From the NCBI GenBank assembly GCA_045863295.1, contig BTWA01000036.1, positions 1-63,239 of the forward strand: a DNA stretch of 63,239 nucleotides. The letters run 5' to 3'. Below, in pieces: positions 35,956-45,388 of the stretch. Each line of letters begins with the position of its first letter. The stretch's first letter is position 1. Origin of the DNA: Candidatus Hydrogenedentota bacterium. GTDB lineage: Bacteria > Hydrogenedentota > Hydrogenedentia > Hydrogenedentales > SLHB01. The notes beneath the pieces are model-generated. The model ran no database searches. It was given only the letters and a program-made list of their open reading frames with translations, and was not told the origin of the DNA. A program made the translations under genes and the position numbers.

Positions 35956-37155
35956 ATGAGTCCGACAACGCGTCGTTCATTCCTGAAGTCGGTTGGCATG
36001 ACAGCGGGCATCGCCGCAGGCGCAAGCCACTTTGCCACAGCCCAAGCGCCAGCCGTGCAGGGCTTCGATGATACCTCCACAACTTTGCAGGCTGGAAAAG
36101 TCTGGACGCCGGTCTCGGATCGCAGAATCCGGATGGGGATTGTGGGGTACGGCTTTTGCCAGTTTGGTGCCGCGTTCGGCCTGCAAAATCATCCCAACGT
36201 AGAAGTGGTCGCGGTGAGCGATCTCATCCCTGACCGTTGCGCTGGGCTTGCAAAGGCTTGTCGGTGCGAAAAGACGTATGAGTCATTGGAAGCGATGGTC
36301 AAAGATGACCGGATCGAGGCCATTTTTGTCGCGACCGATGCCCCCAATCATGCCCAGCATTGCATCAATGTATTGAAGCACGGAAAACACGTGGCCTCCG
36401 CAGTTCCTGCCGTGTTCGGTTCTCTGGAAGATGCCGACCGTCTGTTTGAGACAGTCAAATCGACGGGTTTGAAGTATATGATGTTTGAAACGACCGTATT
36501 TCGTAACGATTGCTTTGCCATGCGACAGATCTATGACGCCGGCGCCTTCGGTCGAATGACGTATACGGAAGGCGAATACTACCACTACATGGAGCAGCCT
36601 CTGGACTCGTTTAAAGGCTGGCGGATTGGCCTTCCCCCACAGTGGTACCCCACGCATTCAAACGCTTATTACACCGGAGTTACCGGAGGTCACTTTACCG
36701 AAGTCTCCTGCATGGGCATTCCAAGCAAGGTGACCCATCTCATGGCCAGTAACAATACCTATAAGAATCCATTCGGAACCGAGATTGCCCTCTTTCGCGC
36801 CAGTGACGGAGGCATGGCCAGGATGGCGGTCAGTTGGGACACACCTGGCTATGAGAACGAAATCGGTCGATGCCGCGGCGAAAAAGGATCCATGGTAGAG
36901 TTGGAGTACGAGGGCGTGGGCGACATCTCCAGGATCATGCTCGAGAAGCCGCCGCTGCCGCCCAATGTTGACGCCGGAGGACACGGAGGTTCACATGGCT
37001 ACCTTGGAAACGAGTTCGTGGAATCAATACTACTGGATCGAAAGCCGCTGGTGGACATTGCGTGGGCCTTGAACATGACTGTCGCTGGGATCGTCGCGCA
37101 CAAATCGGCTCTGAAGGACGGAAAACTTTTGAAGATTCCCCGGTACGCAATCTAG
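35956..37155 (+). CDS. Gfo/Idh/MocA family oxidoreductase with Tat signal
   Basis: 'TRRSFLK' Tat motif; 'RIRMGIVGYG', 'IEAIFVATDAPNH', 'GKHVASAVP', 'YPTH', 'GGHGGSH'; GGAGG RBS. Confidence 0.9.
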   Translation: MSPTTRRSFLKSVGMTAGIAAGASHFATAQAPAVQGFDDTSTTLQAGKVWTPVSDRRIRMGIVGYGFCQFGAAFGLQNHPNVEVVAVSDLIPDRCAGLAKACRCEKTYESLEAMVKDDRIEAIFVATDAPNHAQHCINVLKHGKHVASAVPAVFGSLEDADRLFETVKSTGLKYMMFETTVFRNDCFAMRQIYDAGAFGRMTYTEGEYYHYMEQPLDSFKGWRIGLPPQWYPTHSNAYYTGVTGGHFTEVSCMGIPSKVTHLMASNNTYKNPFGTEIALFRASDGGMARMAVSWDTPGYENEIGRCRGEKGSMVELEYEGVGDISRIMLEKPPLPPNVDAGGHGGSHGYLGNEFVESILLDRKPLVDIAWALNMTVAGIVAHKSALKDGKLLKIPRYAI

Positions 37156-37991
37156 CTTGAGGCGTTTGCGAGGTCTACATGGTCAATGGTGCCACCGTAG
37201 TGCCGTTCCAGTCCTCGAACTGTATGCAGACAGAGTGCGCCGTGCGAATCGATGCCTTGACAATGTCCGTGAATCATTTCCGAGTTGACACGAAGCCGAA
37301 TGCCACGGCCGCGTAACAAACATCGACTCGACCATAGCTTGGGCAGGTCCTCACCCCCTTGAAGCAGTTCATCCAGCCGGTGCTCAATTCGTTGCAGAAT
37401 CCGGATGAGAACGTCATTCAGATTGGGCGAATGAGCGCCCAAGTCTACAAGCGAAGTAGCTCGCGCAGAAACATCGTCAGGTGCGTTCTTGATGCTGTTA
37501 TTGACATTGAGACCTACCCCTAGAACCACGCGTGGCATGGGCCCCAAATGCAATTCGGGCAGCACCCCGCAAATCTTGCGATCACCACAGAACACGTCGT
37601 TGGGCCACCGAATACCAAACTCCAGCCCTGGAGCAAAATACTCAAGCGATTCACATAGGGCGGTAGCGGCCGCCAGCGCTAACCGGGGCCACAATTCCGT
37701 GCGTTGCGGGCCGGTCGCCAGATCCAAAAGCAGTGAAAATGTAATCGCACCTTCAGCGGACCACCAAGAATTTTTGCCACGGCCCCGGCCCGCCGTTTGT
37801 CGATCGGTCAATACAATGGCTGGAAGGTCAATCGAGGAATCTGAGGCAAGCTCCATGGCCCGAGTATTGGTCGAAGGCATTTCCGGCTGATAATCGACAT
37901 GCCTCACCCACGTTTCCTTAAGAATACGTTCTGTGTCAAACGAGGCAATCTTGTGCGCATGCCATACTGACTTCGTACCACGGCGATTCAT
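37152..37991 (-). CDS. birA: Biotin--protein ligase (no N-terminal HTH)
   Basis: 'STNTRA', 'QTAGRGRGKNSW', 'IRWPNDV', 'RKICGVL', 'LGVGLNVN'; directly downstream of pyc. Confidence 0.9.
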   Translation of the reverse strand: MNRRGTKSVWHAHKIASFDTERILKETWVRHVDYQPEMPSTNTRAMELASDSSIDLPAIVLTDRQTAGRGRGKNSWWSAEGAITFSLLLDLATGPQRTELWPRLALAAATALCESLEYFAPGLEFGIRWPNDVFCGDRKICGVLPELHLGPMPRVVLGVGLNVNNSIKNAPDDVSARATSLVDLGAHSPNLNDVLIRILQRIEHRLDELLQGGEDLPKLWSSRCLLRGRGIRLRVNSEMIHGHCQGIDSHGALCLHTVRGLERHYGGTIDHVDLANASS

Positions 37992-38039
37992 GATTAACAC
38001 TTCCCGATAAACGCCTTCATCACACAAAGCAAGGAGAAA

Positions 38040-41000
38040 CTATTTGAGTTCCACCAACAAATCGCCTGCCTCGACTTGTGTTTTGGGACCGACCAGGAGT
38101 TTGCCCACCGTAGCGGTGCGCGGGGCATAGATGGTCATCTCCATCTTCATTGCTTCTTGCGTGAGCAACTTCTGGCCTTCTTTCACCTGATCTCCTTCCT
38201 GAACGGCCACATTTACAATAAGGCCTGGCATCGGGGCGGCGATGTGGTCGGGATTGGAGGCATCCGCCTTGGGATGTTTGACTACTTGGGATTCCAGGGA
38301 AAGATCCAATACGGTTGCATCTCTCGGTTGACCTCCCAACTCGAAGAAGACCGTCCGGTTTCCATCGGGATGCGGTTCGCCAATGGTGACCAACTTCACA
38401 ATCAAGGTTTTGCCCGGTTCAATTTCAAACGCCACTTCTTCACCGCGTTGAAGTCCATAGAAAAATACATGAGTCGGCAATACACTGGTATCCGAGTATG
38501 TCTGCTGATGGCGCACAAAATCCTCGAATACGCGTGGATACAGTAAGTACGATAGCGACTCGATAAGCGTCGCATCGCGTCCGAGCAGCTTCTTGAGTTG
38601 ATGACTCGTCTTCTCAAAATCGGCAGGCTTCATACTCGCGCCTGGCCGGCCCTTCAGCGGCTCCTGTCCGCGCAAGATTCGCTTTTTTAACTTCGGCGGA
38701 AATCCGCCCGGAGGCTGACCCAGGCGCCCCATCATCAAGTCCGTCACCGACTCTGGAAAGGCCAATTCGCGTCGCGAATCGAGCACATCATCGCAATTCA
38801 GGTTGTTGGCGACCATAAAAAGGGCCATATCACCGACTACTTTGGACGACGGCGTGACTTTTACTATGTCGCCAAATAACTGATTCACTTCCGTATACTT
38901 CTTACAGACTTCGGTCCATTGATCCGCGACTCCGAGGGCCTGTGCCTGCGCATACAGGTTCGTATACTGCCCTCCCGGCATTTCATGAATGTATACATCG
39001 GACGTCGACGATTTCTGGCCTGTTTCAAATGCCGCGTACTGGTCGCGCACCTGCTCCCAATAGGTCGCCAACATGCGCAAATTATCCGGGTTCAGGCCGG
39101 TATCCCTGGGACTAAACCGCAATGCTTCCACCATGGAGTCGATATTGACCTGAGAACTCATTCCAGACATGGGCCCGCTTGCCGCATCTACAATGTCCAC
39201 TCCGGCTTCGGATGCCTTCAGCAACGAGGCCGCCTGGATGCCGCTGGTGTCATGGGTGTGGAAATGAATCGGGATACCCACTTCTTCCTTGAGGGCCCTG
39301 ACAAGAAGTTTGGCGGCAAACGGCTTGCACAGACCGGCCATGTCTTTGATAGCGAGAATGTGCGCGCCCGCCTTCTCAAGGCTCTTGGCCAGCTTGACAT
39401 AGTAATCCAGGCTGTATTTGGTGCGGGCTGGATCCGTGATATCCCCGGTATAGCACATCGCCACTTCGCACAACTTGTTTGCTTTGCGGACCGCGTCAAT
39501 GGCCACGCGCAGATTGGGCTCCCAGTTCAATGCATCGAACGTACGGAATACGTCTATGCCAGCTCGGGCCGACTCTTCCACAAACGTGCGTACCACATTG
39601 TCCGGATAACTGGTGTAACCGACCGCGTTGGACGCGCGAAGCAACATCTGAAACAAGATATTCGGTATCCGCTCGCGCAGTTCGGCAAGCCGCTGCCAGG
39701 GACACTCGTTCAAGAACCGCATGGAAGTGTCAAACGTGGCGCCGCCCCACATCTCGATTGAAAACATCTGCGGGGCAAGGCGCGCATAGGCGGCCGCGAT
39801 TGCACGCATGTCGTACGTGCGCATGCGGGTGGCCAACAACGATTGGTGTGCGTCCCGAAACGTAGTGTCGGTAAGTAGCAAGGGCTTTTGCTTCAAAATC
39901 CATTGGCAAAATCGATCGGGGCCCAGTTCGTCAAGCAGTTGCCTTGTTCCGGGCGGGGGTGGCGATAGTACGTCGACTTTGGGCGGAACGGGCGTCTCCC
40001 TTCGCAAAGGCGAGGTTCGCCCTTTGACTGCGGGGTGTCCATTGACGATCACCGTTGCCAAATAGGTCAGCAACTTGGTTGCTCGATCGCGCCTGGGCTC
40101 GAACTCGAATAGTTGAGGCGTATTATCTATGAAACGTGTGGTGCATTCGCCGCGCACAAACGATGGATGCTCAATCAGATTGATCAAGAAGGGAAGATTT
40201 GTCTTCACGCCACGGACGCGAAATTCTTGTAGGCACCGCTCCATGCGGCGAGCTGCATCCTCAAAACGCCTGGCCCAAGCAGTCACTTTCACCAGAAGCG
40301 AATCATAGTAGGGAGTCACCATCGCACCCGAAAACGCCGTACCCGCATCCAACCGGATACCAAACCCACCGGCGGAGCGGTAGTGCGTCACACGGCCGTA
40401 GTCCGGCACGAAATTGTTCAACGGGTCTTCGGTGGTTACGCGACATTGAAACGCAAAGCCGCGAATCGTAACGTCTTTTTGCGACGGAAGGTCAATTCCC
40501 GGATCGCTCAATTTGGCGCCTTGGGCAACCAATATCTGCGACTTTACAATGTCGACTCCGGTCACAACTTCTGTAACCGTGTGTTCCACCTGAATGCGAG
40601 GATTCACCTCGATGAAATACGGTTTATTCGTATCGACATCAAGCAGGAACTCGACCGTGCCCGCGCTGACATAGCCCACCTTTCGGCCGATCGCCAGCGC
40701 CGCTTCACATAATTCGTCTCGAACCTCCTCCAACAAGTTGATGGATGGTGCGATCTCAACCACCTTTTGGTGGCGACGCTGCAGCGAACAATCGCGTTCG
40801 TACAGATGGACCAGGTTGCCATGGGAATCGCCCAGCAACTGAACTTCAATGTGGCGGGCTCGCGCGACAAATTTCTCCAAAAAGACATCTGAACTGCCAA
40901 AGGCCGTCTTGGCTTCGCGTTGAGCCTGCATCAGCGAATCGGCCAGTTCTTTTTCGGATTGAACCACGCGCATACCTCGTCCGCCACCGCCCTTGGCGGC

Positions 41001-41501
41001 TTTCAGCATCACGGGATACCCCAGATCCTTGGCGAGTTTGCGTGCGGAGGCAATATCCTTAATGGGTTCGGATCCGCCGGACAAGACGTGAACACCGGCC
41101 TGTTTCGCCAGTTCGCGTGCTTCGATCTTGTCGCCCAGCCGGTGCAGTATTTTCGGTGTCGGGCCAACAAAAAGAATGTCTGCCTTTTCGCAGGCCTTGG
41201 CAAAGTCGGGATTCTCTGACAGGAAGCCGTACCCCGGGTGGATGGCATCCACGCCGTTTCGTTTGGCCACGTCAATGATTCCATCAGTATCCAGATATGC
41301 GCGTAACGGCTCACCCGGTTTGCCAACCTGATAGGACTCATCTGCTTTCAGGCGATGAAGGGCGTAGCGATCCTCGTGCGAATATATCGATACCGTCCGT
41401 ATGCCCAATTCGTGTGCTGAACGAAATACACGTATGGCAATTTCGCTGCGGTTTGCCGCCATCAACTTCGTGATACGTTTTGGAGTGTCGAACTTTTTCA
41501 T
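38040..41501 (-). CDS. pyc: Pyruvate carboxylase
   Basis: 'AANRSEIAIRVFR', 'HPGYGFLSEN', 'ERDCSLQRRHQK', 'DTTFRDAHQSLLATR', 'WGGATFD', 'IKDMAG', 'HFHTHDT', 'EAMKME' biotin site. Confidence 0.97.
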   Translation of the reverse strand: MKKFDTPKRITKLMAANRSEIAIRVFRSAHELGIRTVSIYSHEDRYALHRLKADESYQVGKPGEPLRAYLDTDGIIDVAKRNGVDAIHPGYGFLSENPDFAKACEKADILFVGPTPKILHRLGDKIEARELAKQAGVHVLSGGSEPIKDIASARKLAKDLGYPVMLKAAKGGGGRGMRVVQSEKELADSLMQAQREAKTAFGSSDVFLEKFVARARHIEVQLLGDSHGNLVHLYERDCSLQRRHQKVVEIAPSINLLEEVRDELCEAALAIGRKVGYVSAGTVEFLLDVDTNKPYFIEVNPRIQVEHTVTEVVTGVDIVKSQILVAQGAKLSDPGIDLPSQKDVTIRGFAFQCRVTTEDPLNNFVPDYGRVTHYRSAGGFGIRLDAGTAFSGAMVTPYYDSLLVKVTAWARRFEDAARRMERCLQEFRVRGVKTNLPFLINLIEHPSFVRGECTTRFIDNTPQLFEFEPRRDRATKLLTYLATVIVNGHPAVKGRTSPLRRETPVPPKVDVLSPPPPGTRQLLDELGPDRFCQWILKQKPLLLTDTTFRDAHQSLLATRMRTYDMRAIAAAYARLAPQMFSIEMWGGATFDTSMRFLNECPWQRLAELRERIPNILFQMLLRASNAVGYTSYPDNVVRTFVEESARAGIDVFRTFDALNWEPNLRVAIDAVRKANKLCEVAMCYTGDITDPARTKYSLDYYVKLAKSLEKAGAHILAIKDMAGLCKPFAAKLLVRALKEEVGIPIHFHTHDTSGIQAASLLKASEAGVDIVDAASGPMSGMSSQVNIDSMVEALRFSPRDTGLNPDNLRMLATYWEQVRDQYAAFETGQKSSTSDVYIHEMPGGQYTNLYAQAQALGVADQWTEVCKKYTEVNQLFGDIVKVTPSSKVVGDMALFMVANNLNCDDVLDSRRELAFPESVTDLMMGRLGQPPGGFPPKLKKRILRGQEPLKGRPGASMKPADFEKTSHQLKKLLGRDATLIESLSYLLYPRVFEDFVRHQQTYSDTSVLPTHVFFYGLQRGEEVAFEIEPGKTLIVKLVTIGEPHPDGNRTVFFELGGQPRDATVLDLSLESQVVKHPKADASNPDHIAAPMPGLIVNVAVQEGDQVKEGQKLLTQEAMKMEMTIYAPRTATVGKLLVGPKTQVEAGDLLVELK

Positions 41502-41671
41502 AGTAGTGCCGTACTCAGTTTGTGAACTCCCGGATGAGCGTGAATCGAACAAAACGTCGACCTGCCGCATATCCCGCCGCGCCGCGTCATCGTTAAATCG
41601 GCAGGGGCCTTCCGTACTGGAGCTTTCCATCCGTGTTTTTCGACCGCGACGTCCCTCTGGCGCGGTTACAT

Positions 41672-41710
41672 TCGGGCCTGTAAGGCCCCTGCGGGTAGGC
41701 CCGACTTTTT
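41672..41710 (+). terminator. Intrinsic-terminator-like hairpin within a candidate structured leader
   Basis: TCGGGCCTGT / GTAGGCCCGA stem (8 WC + 2 G-U pairs) followed by CTTTTT. Confidence 0.6.
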
Positions 41711-41957
41711 GCTGCGTGCAATCCACGACCGGCAACGCCCCGGTCGCACTTGTTGCGACAAAACCCTCAGCCCAGCAACGAAACTCGATTGCATCGGGAT
41801 AACTCCCGGCAATTACCCCAGATATCCTTCAGGACCCGATCGTGACATAAAACCAGAATTGGCGCGGCTTTTCAAGGGTAGCGTATGTACTTCAATTGCA
41901 AATGCGCCTCGATCCAGCCATGATGATGAGACGGAGTCAGCTGCAGGAAGGGGAAGC

Positions 41958-43361
41958 ATGGTAAACCACAAAGTCGCCCCCACGCCAAAAGGACTTATGC
42001 TTCTGATGGCATTGGGGCCTGGTCTCATTTGGTGCGGAGAGTACATCGGCTCAGGTGAAGTCATCTTGTCCACGCGAACCGGAGCCATATACGGTGTGGC
42101 ACTGCTGTGGGTTCCCACGATGGCAATTTTCGCGAAATTCTGGATAGGCCTCGCTGGAGCGCACTACACCGTTACCACGGGCGAGGGCATGATTGACATG
42201 ATGAGCCGCATGCCAGGGCCACGTAATTGGGCGGTGTGGCCCGTCTTCGTCGGGCAGATCTGTTCGGGGTCGGTGTCGACAGCCGCTTTGGCATCAGCAG
42301 CGGCATCATTTGCAGGCTACTTCATGCCGGGAATCCCGTCGGTTGCGCTAGCGTGGGTCGCGGTTTTGCTTGTTATCACCCTTGTATGGACCGGCCTTTA
42401 CGATGTATTGAAACAGGCAATGTCGCTCTGTGTCCTCCTGATTGTGATTGGAACCATGGCGGTAGCGTTATATACCTGGCCCGGCATTGCCGCTGTCCTT
42501 AAAGGCATGTTTGGTTTTCAGTTGCCGTCGCCGCCTTCGTGGCTCGGCCCGAATTCGAGCAGCCTTTCCCCGTGGCACGAAATCCTCCCTTTGTTGGGCT
42601 GGGCCGCGGGCGGGTTCGCCAGCCAAGTCTGGTACACCTATTGGGTTATGGGTGCAGGGTACGGTATGGCGAAAGATCGGGGTTATGGACAACCGCTAGA
42701 TGAAAAACGCTTGATGTCACTAAGTGCGGAAGATGCTCAACGCATTCGTGGTTGGCGGCGGGTCGTCACCTTGGACGCGTCTATGGCCGTGGTTATCGGG
42801 ATAGTCGTCACCGTTGGTTTCATGATGGCGGGAGCCGGCGTCCTGGGTCCAAAGCAGGTTGCTCCGGAGGGCGCCAATGTAGCCATGCAACTCTCAGCCA
42901 TTTTTGGCAATCAATGGGGGCGCTTAGGCGCTCACTTGTTTGTTCTCGCTGGCCTGGCCGCCATGATCAGCACCATGATTGGGCAGTTTGCGGGGTGGCC
43001 AAGGCTCATAGCGGACTGTGCCCGAATCTTGATTCCCGGTGTGAAACGGTATCCATGGAAGGTGCAGTTTCGGGTCATCCTGCTGCTCATTGCCGCTTCG
43101 AACATGTTAATCGTCTATACATTTGATTTTCAGCCCGTCTTCATGGTCAAGCTGGGTGCGATTCTGGATGGTCTACTGCTGACCCCACTTCAGGCATTGG
43201 TGGTAGGCTGGGTGCTCTACCGTGTTATGCCCCGCTTCTTCCCCCCAGAGCTCAGGCTCGTCTTGAAGCCCAGTCCTATTCTTGCGGCCGGACTCTCGCT
43301 TGCCTTTGTCATTTTCTCGTTTGTCTGCGTATTCCGGCTGGGCGAAATCATGGGAAGCTAA
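41958..43361 (+). CDS. Nramp/APC-fold membrane transporter (non-canonical, no DPGN motif)
   Basis: 'LGPGLIWCGEYIGSGEVILSTRTGAIYG', 'HYTVTTGE', about 11 hydrophobic segments; purine-rich RBS before ATG 41958. Confidence 0.8.
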   Translation: MVNHKVAPTPKGLMLLMALGPGLIWCGEYIGSGEVILSTRTGAIYGVALLWVPTMAIFAKFWIGLAGAHYTVTTGEGMIDMMSRMPGPRNWAVWPVFVGQICSGSVSTAALASAAASFAGYFMPGIPSVALAWVAVLLVITLVWTGLYDVLKQAMSLCVLLIVIGTMAVALYTWPGIAAVLKGMFGFQLPSPPSWLGPNSSSLSPWHEILPLLGWAAGGFASQVWYTYWVMGAGYGMAKDRGYGQPLDEKRLMSLSAEDAQRIRGWRRVVTLDASMAVVIGIVVTVGFMMAGAGVLGPKQVAPEGANVAMQLSAIFGNQWGRLGAHLFVLAGLAAMISTMIGQFAGWPRLIADCARILIPGVKRYPWKVQFRVILLLIAASNMLIVYTFDFQPVFMVKLGAILDGLLLTPLQALVVGWVLYRVMPRFFPPELRLVLKPSPILAAGLSLAFVIFSFVCVFRLGEIMGS

Positions 43362-43367
43362 TTGCCT

Positions 43368-44171
43368 TCACTTTGATTCGAGCGTCGCTTTTGTCGCGCC
43401 AGTGGAAATGCCGCCATCCACCAGCAACGTCTGGCCTGTAATGTACCGGCTGGCGTCGGATGCCAGGAATACGACTGCACCGTCCAAATCGTGCGGCTGT
43501 CCAGGCCGCTTTAATGGTATACGATCGACCAGGTACTCCACCCATTCCTGATTTTCATACAGCACAGCGTTCTGGGCTGTCTTGAACCAACCGGGCGCGA
43601 GGCAGTTCACCGTGATCCCGTAGGGACCCCAATCGTCGGCCAGACTCATTGTCAACTGCCGTGTACCGCCTCGGCTGGCACAATAAGCCGCCAAACCGGC
43701 ATAACCAAACACAGAAGTCACGGAACCGATATTGATGATGCGGCCGTATCGTCGCTCGATCATCAATCGCGCCACGGCCTGCGCAACAAAAAAGGTGCCG
43801 CGCAAATTGGTTTCCACAACCAGATTCCAATCCTCCCACGAAACATCAAGTGACGGCTTGCGCACGTTGCATCCTGCGTTGTTCACCAGAATATCAATAC
43901 ATCCAAAATGTCCGTGGGCGGCGTCGACGGCCCTGCGAATGCTGTCGTGGTCCCGAACATCCAGGCACACCGGAAATGCGCGCCGCCCGATACCCTCGAT
44001 TTCGGCCTGGAACTCGTTCAAGCACTCCGTCCGCCTGCTCGTAATGACCAAATCCGCGCCTGCACGTGCCAATGCCCGGCCCATATACTGACCCAGCCCC
44101 CTGCTGGCGCCCGTGACCATCGCAACTTTTCCACTCAGGTCGAAGGGATTGGTATCTTCAATCTCACTCAC
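43368..44171 (-). CDS. SDR oxidoreductase, gluconate 5-dehydrogenase/KduD-like
   Basis: 'FDLSGKVAMVTGASRGLG', 'DILVNNAG', 'IINIGS', 'YCASRGG', 'NCLAPGWFKT', 'ITGQTLLVDGG'. Confidence 0.88.
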   Translation of the reverse strand: MSEIEDTNPFDLSGKVAMVTGASRGLGQYMGRALARAGADLVITSRRTECLNEFQAEIEGIGRRAFPVCLDVRDHDSIRRAVDAAHGHFGCIDILVNNAGCNVRKPSLDVSWEDWNLVVETNLRGTFFVAQAVARLMIERRYGRIINIGSVTSVFGYAGLAAYCASRGGTRQLTMSLADDWGPYGITVNCLAPGWFKTAQNAVLYENQEWVEYLVDRIPLKRPGQPHDLDGAVVFLASDASRYITGQTLLVDGGISTGATKATLESK

Positions 44172-44212
44172 AAAATGTCTCCACGCGTGTTTGATTCCAT
44201 GTGGCCAAGGAA

Positions 44213-45244
44213 TTAGGGTCGAAGAAGGACCTTCATCAGTCCGGGTTCCCCCTGGTATAGGCGATAAAACCACTGCGCGCCGTCGGCGAGCGGCGCGACA
44301 GCGCTCAATAGTCCTTCCACGGAAACATCTCCACGCTCCAAGAGTCTCAGGCTCTCCAAATACTCGCCATTGCACGCGCACGAGCCCAGCAGCGTAATTT
44401 CACGCGTCACCACAGTCTGGAGCGGAACCTCCACAGCAGGCGACAGGTTTCCGATCAGTGTCACCGTACCGCCTTTGCGAACCGCCTGAATGGATCCGGC
44501 AAGAGTCTCCGAGGTCCCTACCACATCAAATGCATAGTCAACCGGTCCGTCTTTCAACACGTCGAACAAGGCCTTAGCCCTATTCTCCAGGCATGCATGC
44601 ACGGTCTGAGAGGCTCCCATGGTTCGCGCGAGGTCCAATTTGGACTGCACGTTGTCAATAGCCACGATCCGCCTTACTCCCGCCAGTCGCAACGCCTGAA
44701 CTACGAGCAATCCAATCATTCCAGTTCCATAGACGAGGGCCTCTCCGCCCTCCCTCGCGCCGCTACGTTTGACCGCATGCAGCGCGATGGATACAGGCTC
44801 AACAAAGGCAGCCGTTTCGAATGAAAGACTATCGGGCAAGCGGTAAAGTATCCGTTCGGGCACCGCGACAAAATCCGCGAACGCACCATTCATGCGATAG
44901 TCCTCGCACGAAACTCCCAACACGCGCCGCCTGTCACACAAATTGACTTGCCCTGCCCTGCAATAGTGGCATTCGCCACAATATACCGTCGAGTCAAATG
45001 TGACGCGATCGCCTAGTTTCCAATTCTCCACCGAGGCGCCAACACCGGCAACAACGCCAGATGCTTCATGCCCCATAATTATCGGTGGGCGCCGCCGTCC
45101 CGTCCGGCCGTCCATGCCGTGAATGTCGCTGCCGCAGACGCCGCATGCTCGGATTGCCACCAGCACGTCATACGGGCCAAGCTCAGGCTCGGCGACGTCT
45201 CGATAGACAAGGTGGCCGTAATCTTCTAATACAAGTGCCTTCAC
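44213..45244 (-). CDS. Zinc-dependent sugar-alcohol dehydrogenase (GatD/sorbitol dehydrogenase-like)
   Basis: 'CGVCGSDIH', 'MGHEASG', 'CGECHYCRAGQVNLC', 'VEPVSIALH', 'GTGMIG'. Confidence 0.9.
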   Translation of the reverse strand: MKALVLEDYGHLVYRDVAEPELGPYDVLVAIRACGVCGSDIHGMDGRTGRRRPPIIMGHEASGVVAGVGASVENWKLGDRVTFDSTVYCGECHYCRAGQVNLCDRRRVLGVSCEDYRMNGAFADFVAVPERILYRLPDSLSFETAAFVEPVSIALHAVKRSGAREGGEALVYGTGMIGLLVVQALRLAGVRRIVAIDNVQSKLDLARTMGASQTVHACLENRAKALFDVLKDGPVDYAFDVVGTSETLAGSIQAVRKGGTVTLIGNLSPAVEVPLQTVVTREITLLGSCACNGEYLESLRLLERGDVSVEGLLSAVAPLADGAQWFYRLYQGEPGLMKVLLRP

Positions 45245-45388
45245 GAAAAGTTTGCTCCGAAAGAATGCGATCGCAGTTTAACCGAGATTCGTTGGGCCGG
45301 GCTACCGGCTTGTTAATGAACAAATGCACCGCTATTATCAAACCGGAATTGTACTAAATTGCAAACGACTAAAGGGAAAAGAATAGAA

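Noticed and set aside
35757..36080. Extended N-terminus of the aminotransferase overlapping the divergent oxidoreductase
   Set aside because: It overlaps a well-supported opposite-strand gene and the probable promoter/operator region
41600..41705. HDV-like ribozyme, SRP RNA or a known riboswitch class
   Set aside because: No room for the HDV P3/L3 element and no SRP GGAA/AGCAG motif; known aptamer consensus sequences were not recognised, so it is retained only as an unassigned candidate
41502..41957. In-frame upstream extensions of pyc (to 41735) and of the transporter (from 41709), and possible leader peptides
   Set aside because: Low-complexity, non-homologous translations typical of GC-rich spacers; no run of regulatory codons seen
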